This document shows, in pieces, positions 1-12,568 of a stretch of 64,000 nt of DNA. Below the pieces are notes generated by a model, which was not told where the DNA came from, made no database searches, and was given only the letters and a program-made list of their open reading frames with translations. The position numbers and the translations under genes are program-made. Source of the stretch: Mobula hypostoma (taxonomy: Eukaryota); the NCBI RefSeq assembly GCF_963921235.1, contig NC_086098.1, positions 6,386,001-6,450,000 on the forward strand. The letters run 5' to 3'. Within the stretch, counting starts at the first letter, position 1; each line of letters begins with the position of its first letter.

Positions 1-270
1 TATATCAAAAGTTTCCTTCCCCAGGCAACTATTCTAGATAACCACTAAATATTTATTGCTTCTTTATTTATTATTATTATTATTTTTTTCATTTTGTATT
101 TGCACAATTTTCAGTCTTTTGCACATTTGTTGTTTGTGTGCAGTTTTGCATTGATTCTGTTGTGTTTCTTTATATTTACTGTGAATATCTTCTAAAATCG
201 AATCTCGGGGTTGTATGTGGTGACATATGTGTACTTCAACAATAAATGTTCTTTGAAATTTGAACTTTGA
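1..270 (+). mobile_element. 3' UTR/tail of a Rex/Babar-type LINE (AT-rich tail ending in (TTTGAAC)n)
   Basis: Ends ...aataaatgttctttgaaatttgaactttga. The same tail recurs at ~36500-36697, ~53975-54160 and on the minus strand, where it is linked to Rex-type peptides (IIKDPHHPGHALFSLLPSGRRY-like). Confidence 0.55.
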
Positions 271-497
271 AGTAGGTGAAAGATGGCGAAAGGGAGCATT
301 TTGGTCTTGTGTTCTCAGAACAATATTGGCCATCAAGAGCACAGACTGAAACTGAGGAGCTGATGTGAATGATCGGAAGAGCGTTACAAAGCACTGTATG
401 ATTTTTATGTATTTATTTATTTAGCGACACTGCACAGGACATCCCTTCTGGCCCAATGAGCTGTACTGTCCAGCAACCTGCCTACTGTATTTAACCC

Positions 498-1862
498 TCA
501 CAACACTCTGGAGGAAGTCAGCGTCCATGGAAATGATCAGTCAACGTTTTGGGCCAGAACCCTTCGTCAGGACTGAAGAGGGAAGGGACAGAGGCCCTAT
601 AAAGTAGGTGGGGGGAGGGTGGGAAGGAGAAGGCTGGTAGGTTCCAGGTGAAAAACCAGTAAGGGGAAAGATAAAGGGGTGGGGGAGGGGAAGCAGGGAG
701 GTGATAGGCAGGAAAGGTGAAGAAGGAATAGAGGAAAACACAATGGGTAGTAGAAGGAGGCGGAACGATGAGGGAGGTGATAGGCAGCTGGGGGAGGGGG
801 CAGAGTTAAATAGGGATAGGGGAAGGGAGGGGGAGGAAATTACCGGAAGTTGGAAAATTCTATATTCATACCAAGGGGCTGGAGACTACCTAGACGGTAC
901 ATGAGGTGTTGCTCCTCCAACCTGAGTTTAGTGGGAAGCAGAGTTGAAGTGGGTGGCAACCGGGCGATCCTGTCTGTTGTGGCGGAGGGAGCGGAGGTGC
1001 TCGACGAAGCGGTCCCCCAATCTGCGTCGGGTTTCACCGATGTAGAGGAGGCCGCACCGGGAGCACCGGATGCAATAGATGACCCCAACAGACTCACAAG
1101 TGAAGTGTTGCCTCACCTGGAAGTACTGTTTGGGGCTCTGAATGGTGGCAAGAGAGGAGGTGTAGGGACAGGTGTAGCACTTACACTTTCAGGGATAAGT
1201 GCCTGGTGGGAGATCCGTGGGGAGGGACGTGTGGACCAGGGAGTCGCAGAGGGAACGATCCCTGCAGAAAGCGGAGAGGGGTGGAGAGGGAACGACGTGC
1301 TCAGTGGTGGGGTCCTGTTGAAGGTGGCGGAAGTTGCGGAGGATAACGTGCTGGATCCGGAGGCTGGTGTGGTGGTAGGTGAGGACAAGGGGAACTCTGT
1401 CCCTATTGTAGTGGCGGGAGGACGGGGTGAGGGCCAAAGTGTGGGAAATGGAGGAGATGCGGGTGAGGGCATCATTGATGACAGCAGAAGGGAAACCACG
1501 ATCCTTAAAGAAAGAGGACATTTGAGATGTCCTGGAATGGAAAACCTCATCCTGGGAGCAGATGCGGCGGAGACGGAGGAACTGGGAATAGGGAATGACA
1601 TTTTTGCATGTGGCAGGGTGGGAAGAGGTATAGTCGAGGTAGTTATGAGAGTCAGTGGGCTTGTAGAAGATGTCAGTGGACAGTCTGTCTCCAGAGATGG
1701 AGACCGAGAGATCAAGAAAGGGGAGAGATATGTCCGAGATAGACCAAGTGAATTTGAGGGCTGGGTGGAAGTTCAAAGTAAAGTCAATGAAATTGGCGAG
1801 CTCAGCATGGAAGCAGGAAGCAGCACCAATGTAGTCACCAATGTAGTGAAGGAAAAGTTCAC
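498..1862 (-). mobile_element. Penelope-like retroelement, 5'-truncated (RT thumb + GIY-YIG endonuclease + pyrimidine-rich 3' end)
   Basis: ORF 1189-1947 has LPFLDL..TDIFYKPTDSHNYLDYTSSHP..IPYSQFLRLRRICS. ORF 928-1116 has VIYCIRCSRCGLLYIGETRRRLGDRFVEH (GIY-YIG). Confidence 0.9.
538..575 (-). ncRNA. Minimal type-I hammerhead ribozyme motif (G12>A variant) in Penelope-like 3' end
   Basis: Minus strand reads cagtc CTGACGA a ggg-ttctgg-ccc AAAA cgtt gactg. Stems I and II pair, but GAAA is mutated. Confidence 0.65.
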
Positions 1863-1899
1863 ATAATAACGAAGAGGCAGGCATAGTTGGGGCCCATGC

Positions 1900-2030
1900 G
1901 AGTGCCCTTATGGAGGAAACTAGAACACCTGGGGGAAACCCAAGCAATCACATGGAGGGTCATACAAACTCCTTTCAGACTTGATCTTTGAATTCCGATG
2001 CCCTGAGCTGTAATAGTGTCGTGCTAACCG
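1900..2030 (-). mobile_element. HE1/V-SINE-like tRNA-derived SINE, 5' half (3' half at ~405-497, split by the Penelope-like element)
   Basis: Reverse complement of the motif ggagtttgta..tgggtttcc..ggtgttctagtttcctcc shared by many copies in the window. Confidence 0.55.
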
Positions 2031-2199
2031 ATATATCAACTGGAAATATCGACCCCTTCTCAGAATTAAATGAGAACATATGCTAGAAAACTCATATTAA
2101 GATACTTCTTAAAAGTAAGTTATGAGGCAACATAGACACAGGATAATCCGCTGCAGTTAAGCGTATGCATCTGTGTCAGTGACTACATCAAGAGGAACG

Positions 2200-2760
2200 T
2201 AGGACATAGAACAATAGAGCACTCTACAGCCCCTTTGGCCCATGATGTTGTGGGACCTCTTAATCTACTCTGTGGTCAATATAACCTTTCCCTTCCCAAC
2301 AGTATTTCTTTCATCCATCTAAGAGTTTCTTAAATTTCGCTAATACAGAGGTTCACCACCTGGTGTCCAAGGACCCTTTCTTAATGGCATTGGTCCATGG
2401 CATATAAAAGGGTGATAACACCTGCCCTAATGTATCTGTCTCTACCACCACTCTGGTAGTGTGGTCCATCACTCTCTGTGTAAAAAACTTACCTTTGACA
2501 TCCCCCTTATACTTTCCGCCAATCACCTTAACATTACTGTCCCCTGTATTAGCCATTTCCACCCTGGGAAAATGTCTCTGACTGTCCACTCGATCTATGT
2601 CTCTTATTATCTTGTACATCTCTGTTAAGTCACCTCTTACCCTCCTTCACTCTATAAGGAAAAGCCCTAGCTCACTCAACCTATTCTCATAGGAGATACT
2701 CTCTAATCCAGGCAGAGTCCTAGTAAATCTCTTCAGCACCTCTCTCTAAATCTTCCACAT
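2200..2760 (-). mobile_element. CR1 LINE 3' fragment
   Basis: ORF 2353-2619 YKIIRDIDRVDSQRHFP..GKFFTQRV is the CR1 ORF2 C-terminus. Confidence 0.85.
2346..2424. mobile_element. Short hAT-like MITE inserted in CR1
   Basis: Starts CAGAGGTT and ends AACACCTG. Imperfect 8-bp TSD cgctaata/ccctaatg. The CR1 sequence resumes afterwards. Confidence 0.5.
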
Positions 2761-3094
2761 TCAGTCAATAGTACATGTTTTTTTGTTTGTTTGTTAATTA
2801 ATTAATTTATTTATTTAGAGATACAGAGCATAGTAGGCCCATCCAACCCTTCAAGCTATGCTGCCAGCAACCCACCAATTTAACTAAACCTAATCATGAG
2901 ACAATTTACAATGACCCTTAACCACTTTTATAGGAAAGAATATAAGCAAAGAGAGCTCCTTACTGATAATAAAATGATCTTCAAAGTTCAAAGTAAATTT
3001 ATTATCAAAATACATGTATGTCACCATATACAGACCTGAGATTTGTTTTCTTCTGGGCCTAATAAATCTACAGAATATTTTTTTTTATATATGT

Positions 3095-3345
3095 ATTCAT
3101 TGCCAGCTGCCCTTGAGAAGGTGGTGTTGAGCTGCCTTCTTGAACCACTGCAGTCCCTGGGGTGTAGATACACCCACAGTGCTGTTAGGGAGGGAATTCC
3201 ATGATTTTGACCCAGCAACAGTGAAGGAATGGCGAGATGCTTCCAAGTCAGAATGGGGAGTGACTTGGAGGGGGATTTCCAAGTGTTGGTGTCTGCTGTT
3301 CTTATCCTTCTAGTTGGTAGTGGTCGTGTGTCTGGGAGGTGCTGC
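3095..3345 (-). mobile_element. CR1/L2-group LINE 3' fragment (same family as 16612-18085)
   Basis: Peptide SFTVAGSKSWNSLPNSTV..LQWFKKAAQHHLLKG. Nucleotide match to ~16680-16930. Confidence 0.65.
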
Positions 3346-3865
3346 CTTAACCATAATAGAATCAATGAAAGACCACATCAACTTGGGCATTCAACCAAAG
3401 TGCAAAAACAAAAAGAAAGAAATAATAATAAAAATAAGTAAGCAATAAATACTGAGAACATGAGATGAAGAGTCCCTGAAAGTGATTCCATAAGTTTAGT
3501 TTTACAGTATTTTGTTTTATTTTTAGGGTTAAATGAATTACTGGAGTAATTCTCTCATTTGGGTTAATTCACAACAAGGGGTCATCACCTTAAGACTTAA
3601 TTAAATTTGATGAAAGCCACTGTAAGAAAGAAACACTAAACATGATGATAATGCAAATTGTTCTGTCCCATAAGATCCTGGATGAAGTTTTATTAAGATA
3701 TTTGATAGCAAAAGTTTGTTTATTCTGAAAAAAGATGGCGCTGAGGGATATGAATAAAAAAGAGCATTTAAAAGTGAAATGAAGACTATGTGTGTCCGAT
3801 GGCAAATGAGTTTTGAGACACTGAATGACCTAATTTTATTTTATTTAGCGATACAACATGGTAAC

Positions 3866-4446
3866 ACGGGTCAGAGCCGTCTCTATTTCCTGAGGAGACT
3901 GAGGTCCTTTAACATCTGCCAGACGATGCTGAGGATGTTCTACGAGTCTGTGGTGGCCAGTGCTATCATGTTTGCTGTTGTGTGCTGGGGCAGCAGGCTG
4001 AGGGTAGCAGACACCAACAGAATCAACAAACTCATTCGTAAGGCCAGTGATGTTGTGGGGATGGAACTGGACTCTCTCACGGTGGTGTCTGAAAAGAGGA
4101 TGCTGTCCAAGTTGCATGCCATCTTGGACAATGTCTCCCATCCACTACATAATGTACTGGTTGGGCACAGGAGTACATTCAGCCAGAGACTTATTCCAGC
4201 GAGATGCAACACAGAGCGTCATAGGAAGTCATTCCTGCCTGTGGCCATCAAACTTTACAACTCCTCCCTTGGAGGGTCAGACACCCTGAGCCAATAGGCT
4301 GGTCCTGGACTTATTTCCTGGCATAATTTATTTACATATTACTATTTAACTATTTATGGTTTTATTACTATTTATTATTTATGGTGCAACTGTAACAAAA
4401 ACCAATTTCCCCCGGGATCAATAAAGTATGACTATGACTATGACTA
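3866..4446 (+). mobile_element. Rex1/Babar LINE, 5'-truncated
   Basis: GQSRLYFLRRLRSFNIC..RKSFLPVAIKLYN, then AATAAA and a (TATGAC)n tail. Near-identical to the copies at 7561-10066 and 60371-61202. Confidence 0.9.
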
Positions 4447-6845
4447 TAAAACGTAAAAAGAATTGGTCCCAACACAGACTCCTGTGGAACATCACTAGTT
4501 ACCAGCAGCCAACCGGAAAAGACTCCTTGCATTCCCACTTTTTGCCACCAGCCAATCAGCCACTGCTTTATCCATGCTGGTATCTTTCCTATAATACCAT
4601 GGGCATGTAGTTTTTTAAGCAGCCTCATGTGTGGCACCTTGTCAAAGGCCTTCTGAAAATCCAAGAGCACGACATCAGCTGATTCTCCTTTGTCTATCTT
4701 TCAAAGAATTCCAACAGATTTGTCAGGCAAGATTTTTCCTTGAGCAAACCATGCTGACTATGACTTATTTTCAATGTTCTTTCAAGTACCCTGAAACTCA
4801 TCTTTAATAATTGACTCCAACGTCTTCCCAACCACTGAGATCAGACTAATTGGCCTATAGTTTCCTTTCTTCTGTCTCTCTCCTTTCTTGAAGAGTGGAG
4901 CGAATTTTTCAATTTTCAAGTCTTCCAGGACCATTCCAGAATCTAGTGATTCTTAAAAGATCATTACTAATGCCTCCATGATCTCTTCAACCATCTCTTT
5001 CAGAAGCCTGGTGTGTACACATCTGGTCTAAGCGATTTATCTGCGTTTGTACCTTCAGTCCTTTCAGTTTCCTAAGAACCTTCTCTTTAGTTATGGTAAT
5101 TTCACGCACTTCATGATTCCTTATACGTGGGACTTCCACCATACTGCTAATGTCTTCCACAGTGAAGACTGAACAAAATACTTATTCAGTTCACCTGCCA
5201 TTTCATTGTCCCCCATTACTACCTCTCCAGCATCATTTTCCAGCAGTCCATGTCCACTCTCACTTCTCGTTCACGCTTAATGTATCTGAAGAAATTTTTG
5301 GTATCTTCTTTAATATTATTGCCTAGTTTACTTTCATATTCTATCTTTATCTTCTTAATTACTTCTTTAGTTGCCTTTTGTTGGTTTTTTAAAGCTTCCC
5401 AATACTCTAACTTCCCAATAATTTTTGCTATATTATATGCCTTTCTGTGGCTTTTATGTTGGCTTTGACTTCTCTTGTTAGCCATGGTTGTGTCATCTTT
5501 CCTTTAGAATACTTCTTCCTCTTTGGGATGTATATATCCTGTGTCTTCTAAATTGCTTCCTGAAATTCCAGCCATTGCTGCTCTGCCGTCATCCCTGCCA
5601 GTGTTCTTTTCCAAACAATTCTGGCCATCTCCTCTTTTATGCCTCTGTAATTCCCCTTGCTCTGTAATACTGATAAATCTGACTTTAGCTTCTCCTTCTC
5701 ATATTTCAGTGTGAATTTGGTCATGTTATGATCACTTCCCCCAAGAGTTCTTTTACCTTAAGCTCTCTAATCAATTCCTGTTAATTGCACCCCCAATCCA
5801 GAATAGCTGATTCCCTAGTGGGCTCAACCATGAGCTACTCTAAAAAGCCATCTCATAGGCACTCTAGAAATTCACCCTCCGGAATCCAGCACCAATCTGA
5901 TTTTCCCAGTCTGCTGCATATTGATGTCGCCCATGACTATTGTAACATTGCCTTTTTGGCATACATTTTCTATCTCCCATTGTAATTTGTAGACCACATC
6001 CTTACTAATGTTTGGGGGTCTGTATACAACTCCCATCAGGGTCTTTTTCCCCTTGCAGTTCCTTAGCTCTATCCATAACAATTCAACACCTTCTGATCCT
6101 ATGTCACCTCTTTCTAATGATTTGATTTCATTTCTTACTAACAGAGCAATGCTGCCCCCTCTGCTTTCCTGTCTGTCCTTTTGATACAATATATATCCTT
6201 GGACATTAAGCTCCCAACTGTAGTCTTCTTTCAGCCATGATTCAGTGATGCTTACAACATCATACATGCCAATCTGCAGCCGTACAAGTTCATCTATCTT
6301 ATTTCATATACTGCGTGTATTCAAATATAACACCTTCAGTCCTGTATTCACCACTTCCAATTTTGTCCACCTTTTATGTTGCAACTCCTCCTGTTCATTG
6401 CAACATTGCCCTATCAGCAGTCTCTCCTCTCTGTTTGTACACTGGTTACCCGCATCTTCGACACTATTATCCACCTTTCCTACAATACTTCTTGCATCGA
6501 AATATACGCAGCTCAGGACATGAGTCGCACCATACTCAATGTTTTGATTTTTGACTTTTTCTGAGGTCTTACCAAAATCGGCCTCCGCAACCTCGCCACT
6601 AACTGTTCTGGCCCTCTGGTTCCTATTCCCCTGCTACTCTAATTTAAACTCCACCGTGCAGCGTTAACAAGCCTTCCTGCCAGAGTATTTGCCCCCATCC
6701 AATTCAGGCGCAAACTGCCCTTTCTGTACAGGTCCCAGTTTCCCTGGAGGAGAGCTCAATGATCCAAAAATCTTATGCCCTCCCTCCTACACAAACTCCT
6801 TAGCCACGTATTAAACTGTATAATCTTCCTAGTTCTAGCCTCACT
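4447..6845 (-). mobile_element. CR1 LINE, degenerate (ORF1 end, APE endonuclease, first part of RT)
   Basis: ORF 5872-6267 YDVVSITESWL..LWIELRN..GVVYRPPN..VMGDIN (APE). ORF 4368-4670 LDFQKAFDKVPH..VPQESVLGP (RT). Confidence 0.9.
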
Positions 6846-7289
6846 AAACTAATTACTTCGATGACACCCACCTCCTTCCACTGACCTTACCATCAAGGAA
6901 ATGAGACCATTCACTTTCTGTATTTATTGACTTTGTCAGAACTGGCATGATTAGTACAGAGTTACTGGTAAAATGCATTCCTTTATGTATAAGTCACTCA
7001 TTCCACACAGAGGATTTTGAACATAAATAAAGAGACACAAGCAAAGAAGATAGAGGATAGATTCTGCAGCATATCAATCAATGAAATTCTGTGATTGGGA
7101 ACCCAGGTAGTGTGCAGCTTTGAACATCAAGAATGGAGTCCATCAATCAAAGCAATATTTACAAAGAGATCTGGTGAAAGTTTAGAATTTTCTTTGGATA
7201 AATCATTTTGCACTAATGTGCTAAATGCATTTGAGGACACATTATTTCCTTGAAAGTGGCCTCACACATAGGGTCATAAAGAGAACATT

Positions 7290-7397
7290 TAGCACATTGC
7301 AACACACACAAGATGCTGGTGGAAATCGGCAGGTCAGGCAGCATCTATGCAAAGGAATAAATAGTTGATGTTTCAAGCAGAGACCCCTCATCAAGAT
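7290..7397 (-). mobile_element. Short Penelope-derived 3' module with degenerate hammerhead
   Basis: Minus strand: ttgatga..gaaacatcaact..gatgctgcctgacctgc..ccagcatcttgtgtgtg, matching the Penelope-like 3' terminus. Confidence 0.6.
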
Positions 7398-7560
7398 ATT
7401 GGCCACCATAAATCGGGGTATTGACTGCAGGAGTTGGGATGATTTGTTGAAGTTGTACCATGGATGGCTACCACAGTGTAGTGGATAACACAACGTTCTA
7501 CAATGCCAGCGATTACTATTTGAGATCAAATTCATGCTACTGTCTGTAAGGAGTTTGAAC

Positions 7561-10066
7561 AGTCATAGTCATACTTTATTGATCCCGGGGGAAATTGGTT
7601 TTCGTTACTGTTGCACCATAAATAATAAGTAGTAATAGAACCATAAATAGTTAAATAGTAATATATAAATTATGCCAGTAAATTATGAAATAAGTCCAGG
7701 ACCAGCCTATTGGCTCGGGGTGTCTGACCCTCCAAGGGAGGAGTTGTAAAGTTTGATGGCCACAGGCATGAATGACTTCCTATGACGCTCTGTGTTGCAT
7801 CTCGGTGGAATGAGTCTCTGGCTGAATGTACTCCTGTGCCCAACCAGTACATTATGTAGTGGATGGGAGACACTGTCCAAGATGGCATGCAACTTGGACA
7901 GCATCCTCTTTTCAGACACCACCGCCAGAGAGTCCAGTTCCATCCCCATAACATCACTGGCCTTACGAATGAGTTTGTTGATTCTGTTGGTGTCTAAGAC
8001 CCTCAGCCTGCTGCCCCAGCACACAACAGCAAACATGATAGCACTGGCCACCACAGACTCGTAGAACATCCTCAGCATCGTCCGGCAGATGTTAAAGGAC
8101 CTCAGTCTCCTCAGGAAATAGAGACGGCTCTGTCCCTCCTTGTAGACAGCCTCAGTGTTCTTTGACCAGTCCAGTTTATTGTCAATTCGTATCCCCAGGT
8201 ATTTGTAATCCTCCACCGTGTCCACACTGACCCCCTGGATGGAAACAGGGGTCACCGGTACCTTAGCTCTCCTCAGGTCTACCACCAGCTCCTTAGTCTT
8301 TTTCACATTAAGCTGCAGATAATTCTGCTCACACCATGTGACAAAGTTTCTTACCATAGCCCTGTACTCAGCCTCATCTCCCTTGCTGATGCATCCAACT
8401 ATGGTAGAGTCTTCAGAAAACTTCTGAGGATGACAAGACTCTGTGTAGTAGTTGAAGTCCAAGGTGTAAATGGTGAAGAGAAAGGGAGACAAGACAGTCC
8501 CCTGTGGAGCCCCAGTGCTGCTGATCACTCTGTCGGACACACAGTGTTGCAAGCACACGTACTGTGGTCTGCCAGTCAGGTAATCAAGAATCCATGACAC
8601 CAGGAAAGCATCCACCTGCATCGCTGTCAGCTTCTCCCCCAACACAGCAGGGCGGATGGTGTTGAACGCACTGGAGAAGTCAAAAAACATGACCCTCACA
8701 GTGCTGGCTGGCTTGTCCAGGTGGGTGTAGACACGGTTCAGCAGGTGGACGATGGCATCCTCAACTCCTAGTCGGGGCTGGTAGGCGAACTGGAGGGGAT
8801 CTAAGTGTGGCCTGACCATAGACTGGAGCAGCTCCAGAACAAGTCTGTCCAGGGTCTTCATGATGTGGGAGGTCAATGCCACCGGTCTGTAGTCATTGAC
8901 GCTGCTGGGGCGCGGCGACTTCGGCACAGGGACGAGGCAGGACATCTTCCACAGCACAGGAACCCTCCGGAGCCTCAGGCTCAGGTTGAATACATGGCGA
9001 AGTACTCCACATAGCTGAGGGGCACAGGCTTTGAGCACCCTGGTACTGACACCATCTGGGCCTGCAGCCTTGCTTGGGTTGAGACGTTTCAGCTGTCTTC
9101 TCACCTGTTTGCTGTGAAGCCCACGGTGGTGTTTCGTGTAGGGAAGGGGTATAGTTATGAGAGCAGGGTGGGGGATTGTGAGGAGGAGTAGGAGGGGAGA
9201 GTGGAATATGTGTTGGTAGGAGGCCGACAACAGATGACTCACGTGGGGGATGGGCAGGGGCCACAATGTCAAATCTGTTAAAGAACAGGTTAAGTTCGTT
9301 GGCCCTGTCCACACTGCCTTCAGCTCCTCTGTTGCTAGTTTGCTGGAACCCAGTGATGGTCCTCATCCCCCTCCAGACCTCTCTCATGTTGTTCTGCTGG
9401 AGTTTCCACTCAAGCTTCCTCCTGTACCTGTCTTTAGCCTCCCTGATCCTGGCTTTCAGGTCGTTCTGTATTGCCCTCAGCTCCTCCCTATTTCCATCTC
9501 TAAACACCCTCTTTTTAGTGTTCAGGATGTCCTTAATGCCCTTTGTCACCCATGGCTTGTTACTTGAATAACAAAGGACAGTTCTTGTCAGAACATTGCA
9601 GTCCACACAGAAGTTGATGTAATCAGTGATGCACTCTGTGAGCCCATCAATATCCTCTCCATGTGACTCACAGAGTGCCTGCCAGTCTGTCACCTCAAAA
9701 CAACCCTGGAGCGCCTCATAAGCCTTCTCCGACCATTTTCTCACTGTCCTCGAGGTTGCAGGTTTATTCTTCACCAGAGGCATGTAGCAGGGTTTTAGAT
9801 GCACCAGGTTGTGATCTGACCTTCCCAGTGGGGGGAGGGGAGAGGAGCTGTATGCGTCCTAAATGTTAGCGTACATCAAATCCAGAGTCCTCTCCCCTCT
9901 GGTTGTATAGCTCACATACTGCGTGAAGTTGGGCAGTGTTCTAGCCATGGTAACCTGGCTGAAGTCACCCGAGATGGTAATGAGGGCACTCGGGTGCTGG
10001 GTTTGTAGTCTGGCTATGATGGTGTAAATGATGTTACACGCTGACATCGGGTTGGCAGAGGGAAGG
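7561..10066 (-). mobile_element. Rex1/Babar LINE (APE C-terminal part + RT), internally deleted
   Basis: ORF 7707-9314 KAAGPDGV..DYRPVALTS..FFDFSSAFNTI..GAPQGTVLSP. ORF 9859-10110 ISGDF..TTRGERTLDL. (TATGAC)n tail at 7561. Confidence 0.92.
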
Positions 10067-10154
10067 ATTCCTCTGAGTGCTCCAGTTTCCTCCCACATTC
10101 CAAGGCACACGATTAATGTGTTGTGGACATGCTAGGATGCCGTCAGAAGCATGG

Positions 10155-12567
10155 TTTTTTTTTCCAAAATTCTTTATTACAAATGTCGGTGCTATACAAT
10201 ATTTACAAACCCAGTGACTAACATATTTACTACACTACAAACAGACAATACATCTTAAACCAATATATTGCCATCCTCATCAATGATGGCATTTACACCC
10301 CGCGGAGCCCAACGGTCCCGGAACACCTCTACGGTCGCCGTGGACTGTGCGTATTCCTTTTCAATGTTCACCCGGGCACGAACATACCCCCTAAACATAG
10401 CCAGGCAGTCCGCCCGGGGAGAACCTCCTGCCACCCTTTTCCAGGAGCCACGGATGGCAATTTTCGCCAGCCCCAGGAGCAAGTTGACAAGGACATCCTC
10501 ATCCCTCTGTGCCCCCCTCCTTACTGGATGACCATATATAAATAGGGTGGGACTGAAATGCAACCAGAAGGCGAGAAGCAGCCCACGCAAAAACGCGAAA
10601 AGGGGCTGCAGCCTCACACACTCCACGTACATATGGTACACGGTCTCCTCCAGCCCGCAGAAGTGACACGCGGCTGGGAGATCCGTGTACAGACTAAAGA
10701 ACTTATTGCAGGGCACCGCTTTATGCAGCACCCTCCAGCCGAGATCCCCAAGGTGCATGGGGAGGACTCCCTTGTAAAGGGACTTCCATTGGGGACCCCC
10801 CTCACCTCCAGGTGGAAAGACCGACCGCCATGGCGTGTCGGGACGGTGGACAAAGGCTAGGAAGTGGCCCTTCGGCAACTCCGGAGGGGCAAGTCCCCTG
10901 GTTTGGATGGACTGAGTGTTGAGTTTTATCAGGCTTTTTGGGATGTCCTGGGGGATGATTACAGCCTTGTCCTAGAGGAGAGCCTAGCCACCGGAGAAAT
11001 GCCCCTCTCATGGCGAAGAGCTGTTGTGGTCCTACTGCCCAAGAAGGGAGATCTCCGCCTGCTAAAGAACTGGTGGCCGGTCTCCCTCTTGTGCGCGGAC
11101 TACAAGATCTTCGCCCGGGCAATGGCCAACCGTCTGGGTTCGGTAATTGGACAGGTGGTCCATCCTGACCAATCTTACACGGTCCCGGGCCGCTCCATCC
11201 AGGACAATGTCCACCTAGTACGGGACCTGATCCACCTGCTCCAGGAGACTGGGACCCCGGCAGCGTTTCTTTCTCTTGACCAGGAGAAGGCGTTTGACCG
11301 GGTGGACCACAGTTTCCTGCTGGGCACCCTGCAGGCTTTTGGGCTCGGACCACACTTTGTGGCCCGAGTTCGGCTCCTGTACTCTGCCGCAGAGTGCCTA
11401 GTTAAGATCAACGGATCACTGACAGGACCTATCCACTTCCGAAGAGGAGTGCGTCAAGGGTGCCCCATGTCCGGTCAACTGTATGCGATCTGTGTCGAGC
11501 CATTCCTCGGCCTTCTTCGGCGAAGGCTGACAGGTCTGGTTCTGCGCGAACCGGACATGAGGGTCGTCCTCTCGGCCTACGCCGATGACGTACTCCTCAT
11601 GATGACAGACCCCTGTGACCTGCGGAGGATGCGCGAGTGCCAAGATGTTTTCTTGGCGGCATCCTCCGCCAGGATCAACTGGGCGAAATGTTCCGGACTC
11701 TTAGTAGGCCAGTGGCAGGTGGACTCCCTGCCGGAGGAGATGAGAGCTTTTGAGTGGAGCACCAGACGTCTTCTCTATCTGGGAGTCTACCTGAGTCCTT
11801 CTGGGGAGACCTGGCTGGCGAACTGGCAGGACCTGGAGACAAAGGTCATGGCCCGGCTAGGGCGCTGGTCAGGCCTTCTCAGGGTGCTTTCCTATCGAGG
11901 CAGGGTGGTGGTCATAAACCAGCTGGTGGCCTCCATGTTGTGGTACCGGATGGTCACCTTGGCCCCCCCTGCCCCTTTTGTTGCGAGAATGCAGAGGAAG
12001 CTGGTGGACTTCTTCTGGGGAAACAGGAAACACTGGGTCTCTGCAGCGGTTCTGAGTCTCCCAGTAGGAGAGGGCGGACAGTCGCTGGTGTGTGTACGCA
12101 CACGACTGGCGGCTCTCCGCCTCAGGACTCTGCAGAGATTCCTGTACGCCGAGCGCCCTCCCAGGTGGCACGTGTTGGCGACTTTCTTCCTCCGGAGGGG
12201 CTGCTGCCTTCACGAAGATATGCAGCTACCACCGGCAGGCGTCAGCCGTGCTGCTTTGCAGAGGCTGCCCGGCTTCTATCAGGACCTACTGAGAGTCTGG
12301 AACATGGTTGCCTCAGGCCGGGAATCCCCTCCTCTGGCAGAGGGCGGGGTCCTGGCCGACCCTTGCCCTGCCTCAGCGGATGTCGGTGCGGCTCAGGTGT
12401 GTGGATCGACTCAAGCTGAGCTGCTCGTCGGGCCCAGGCTCCGCAGCCTTACCCGAGAGACGAATCCACACAACTTGAGCCGTCTTTCATCGACACCCAC
12501 AATCCCATTCAGGGATGCAGGCAGGAGGTACCTTTATGGGCTGCTGCTCCACACCCTCCACTTCCTA
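10155..12567 (-). mobile_element. Tx1-clade (L1-like) non-LTR retrotransposon, 5'-truncated, with internal 5' inversion
   Basis: Poly(A) seen as T9 at 10155-10163. AATAAA at 10173-10178 (minus). TSD GTCAGAAGCATGGT at 10142-10155 and 12568-12581. Confidence 0.92.
10255..10867 (-). pseudogene. Tx1 ORF2 C-terminus with CCHC-type zinc knuckle (non-inverted segment)
   Basis: DLGWRVLHKAVPCN..CHFCGLEETVYHMYVEC..LLLGLAKIAI, uninterrupted to the stop codon. Confidence 0.88.
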
Positions 12568-12568
12568 G
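10867..12568 (+). pseudogene. Tx1 ORF2 reverse transcriptase (inverted segment)
   Basis: KSPGLDGLSVEFY..LLPKKGDLRLLKNWWPVSLL..LDQEKAFDRV..GVRQGCPMSG..AYADD, with no internal stops. Confidence 0.92.

Noticed and set aside
850..1866. 338-aa plus-strand ORF as a novel gene
   Set aside because: It is antisense to the Penelope-like RT/GIY-YIG. The same peptides appear opposite other copies (18952-19137, 53246-53521), so it is most simply a compositional by-product.
10802..12419. Overlapping alternative-frame ORFs within Tx1 (183 aa, 221 aa and others)
   Set aside because: GC-rich retroelement sequence gives long stop-free alternative frames, and no motifs are present.
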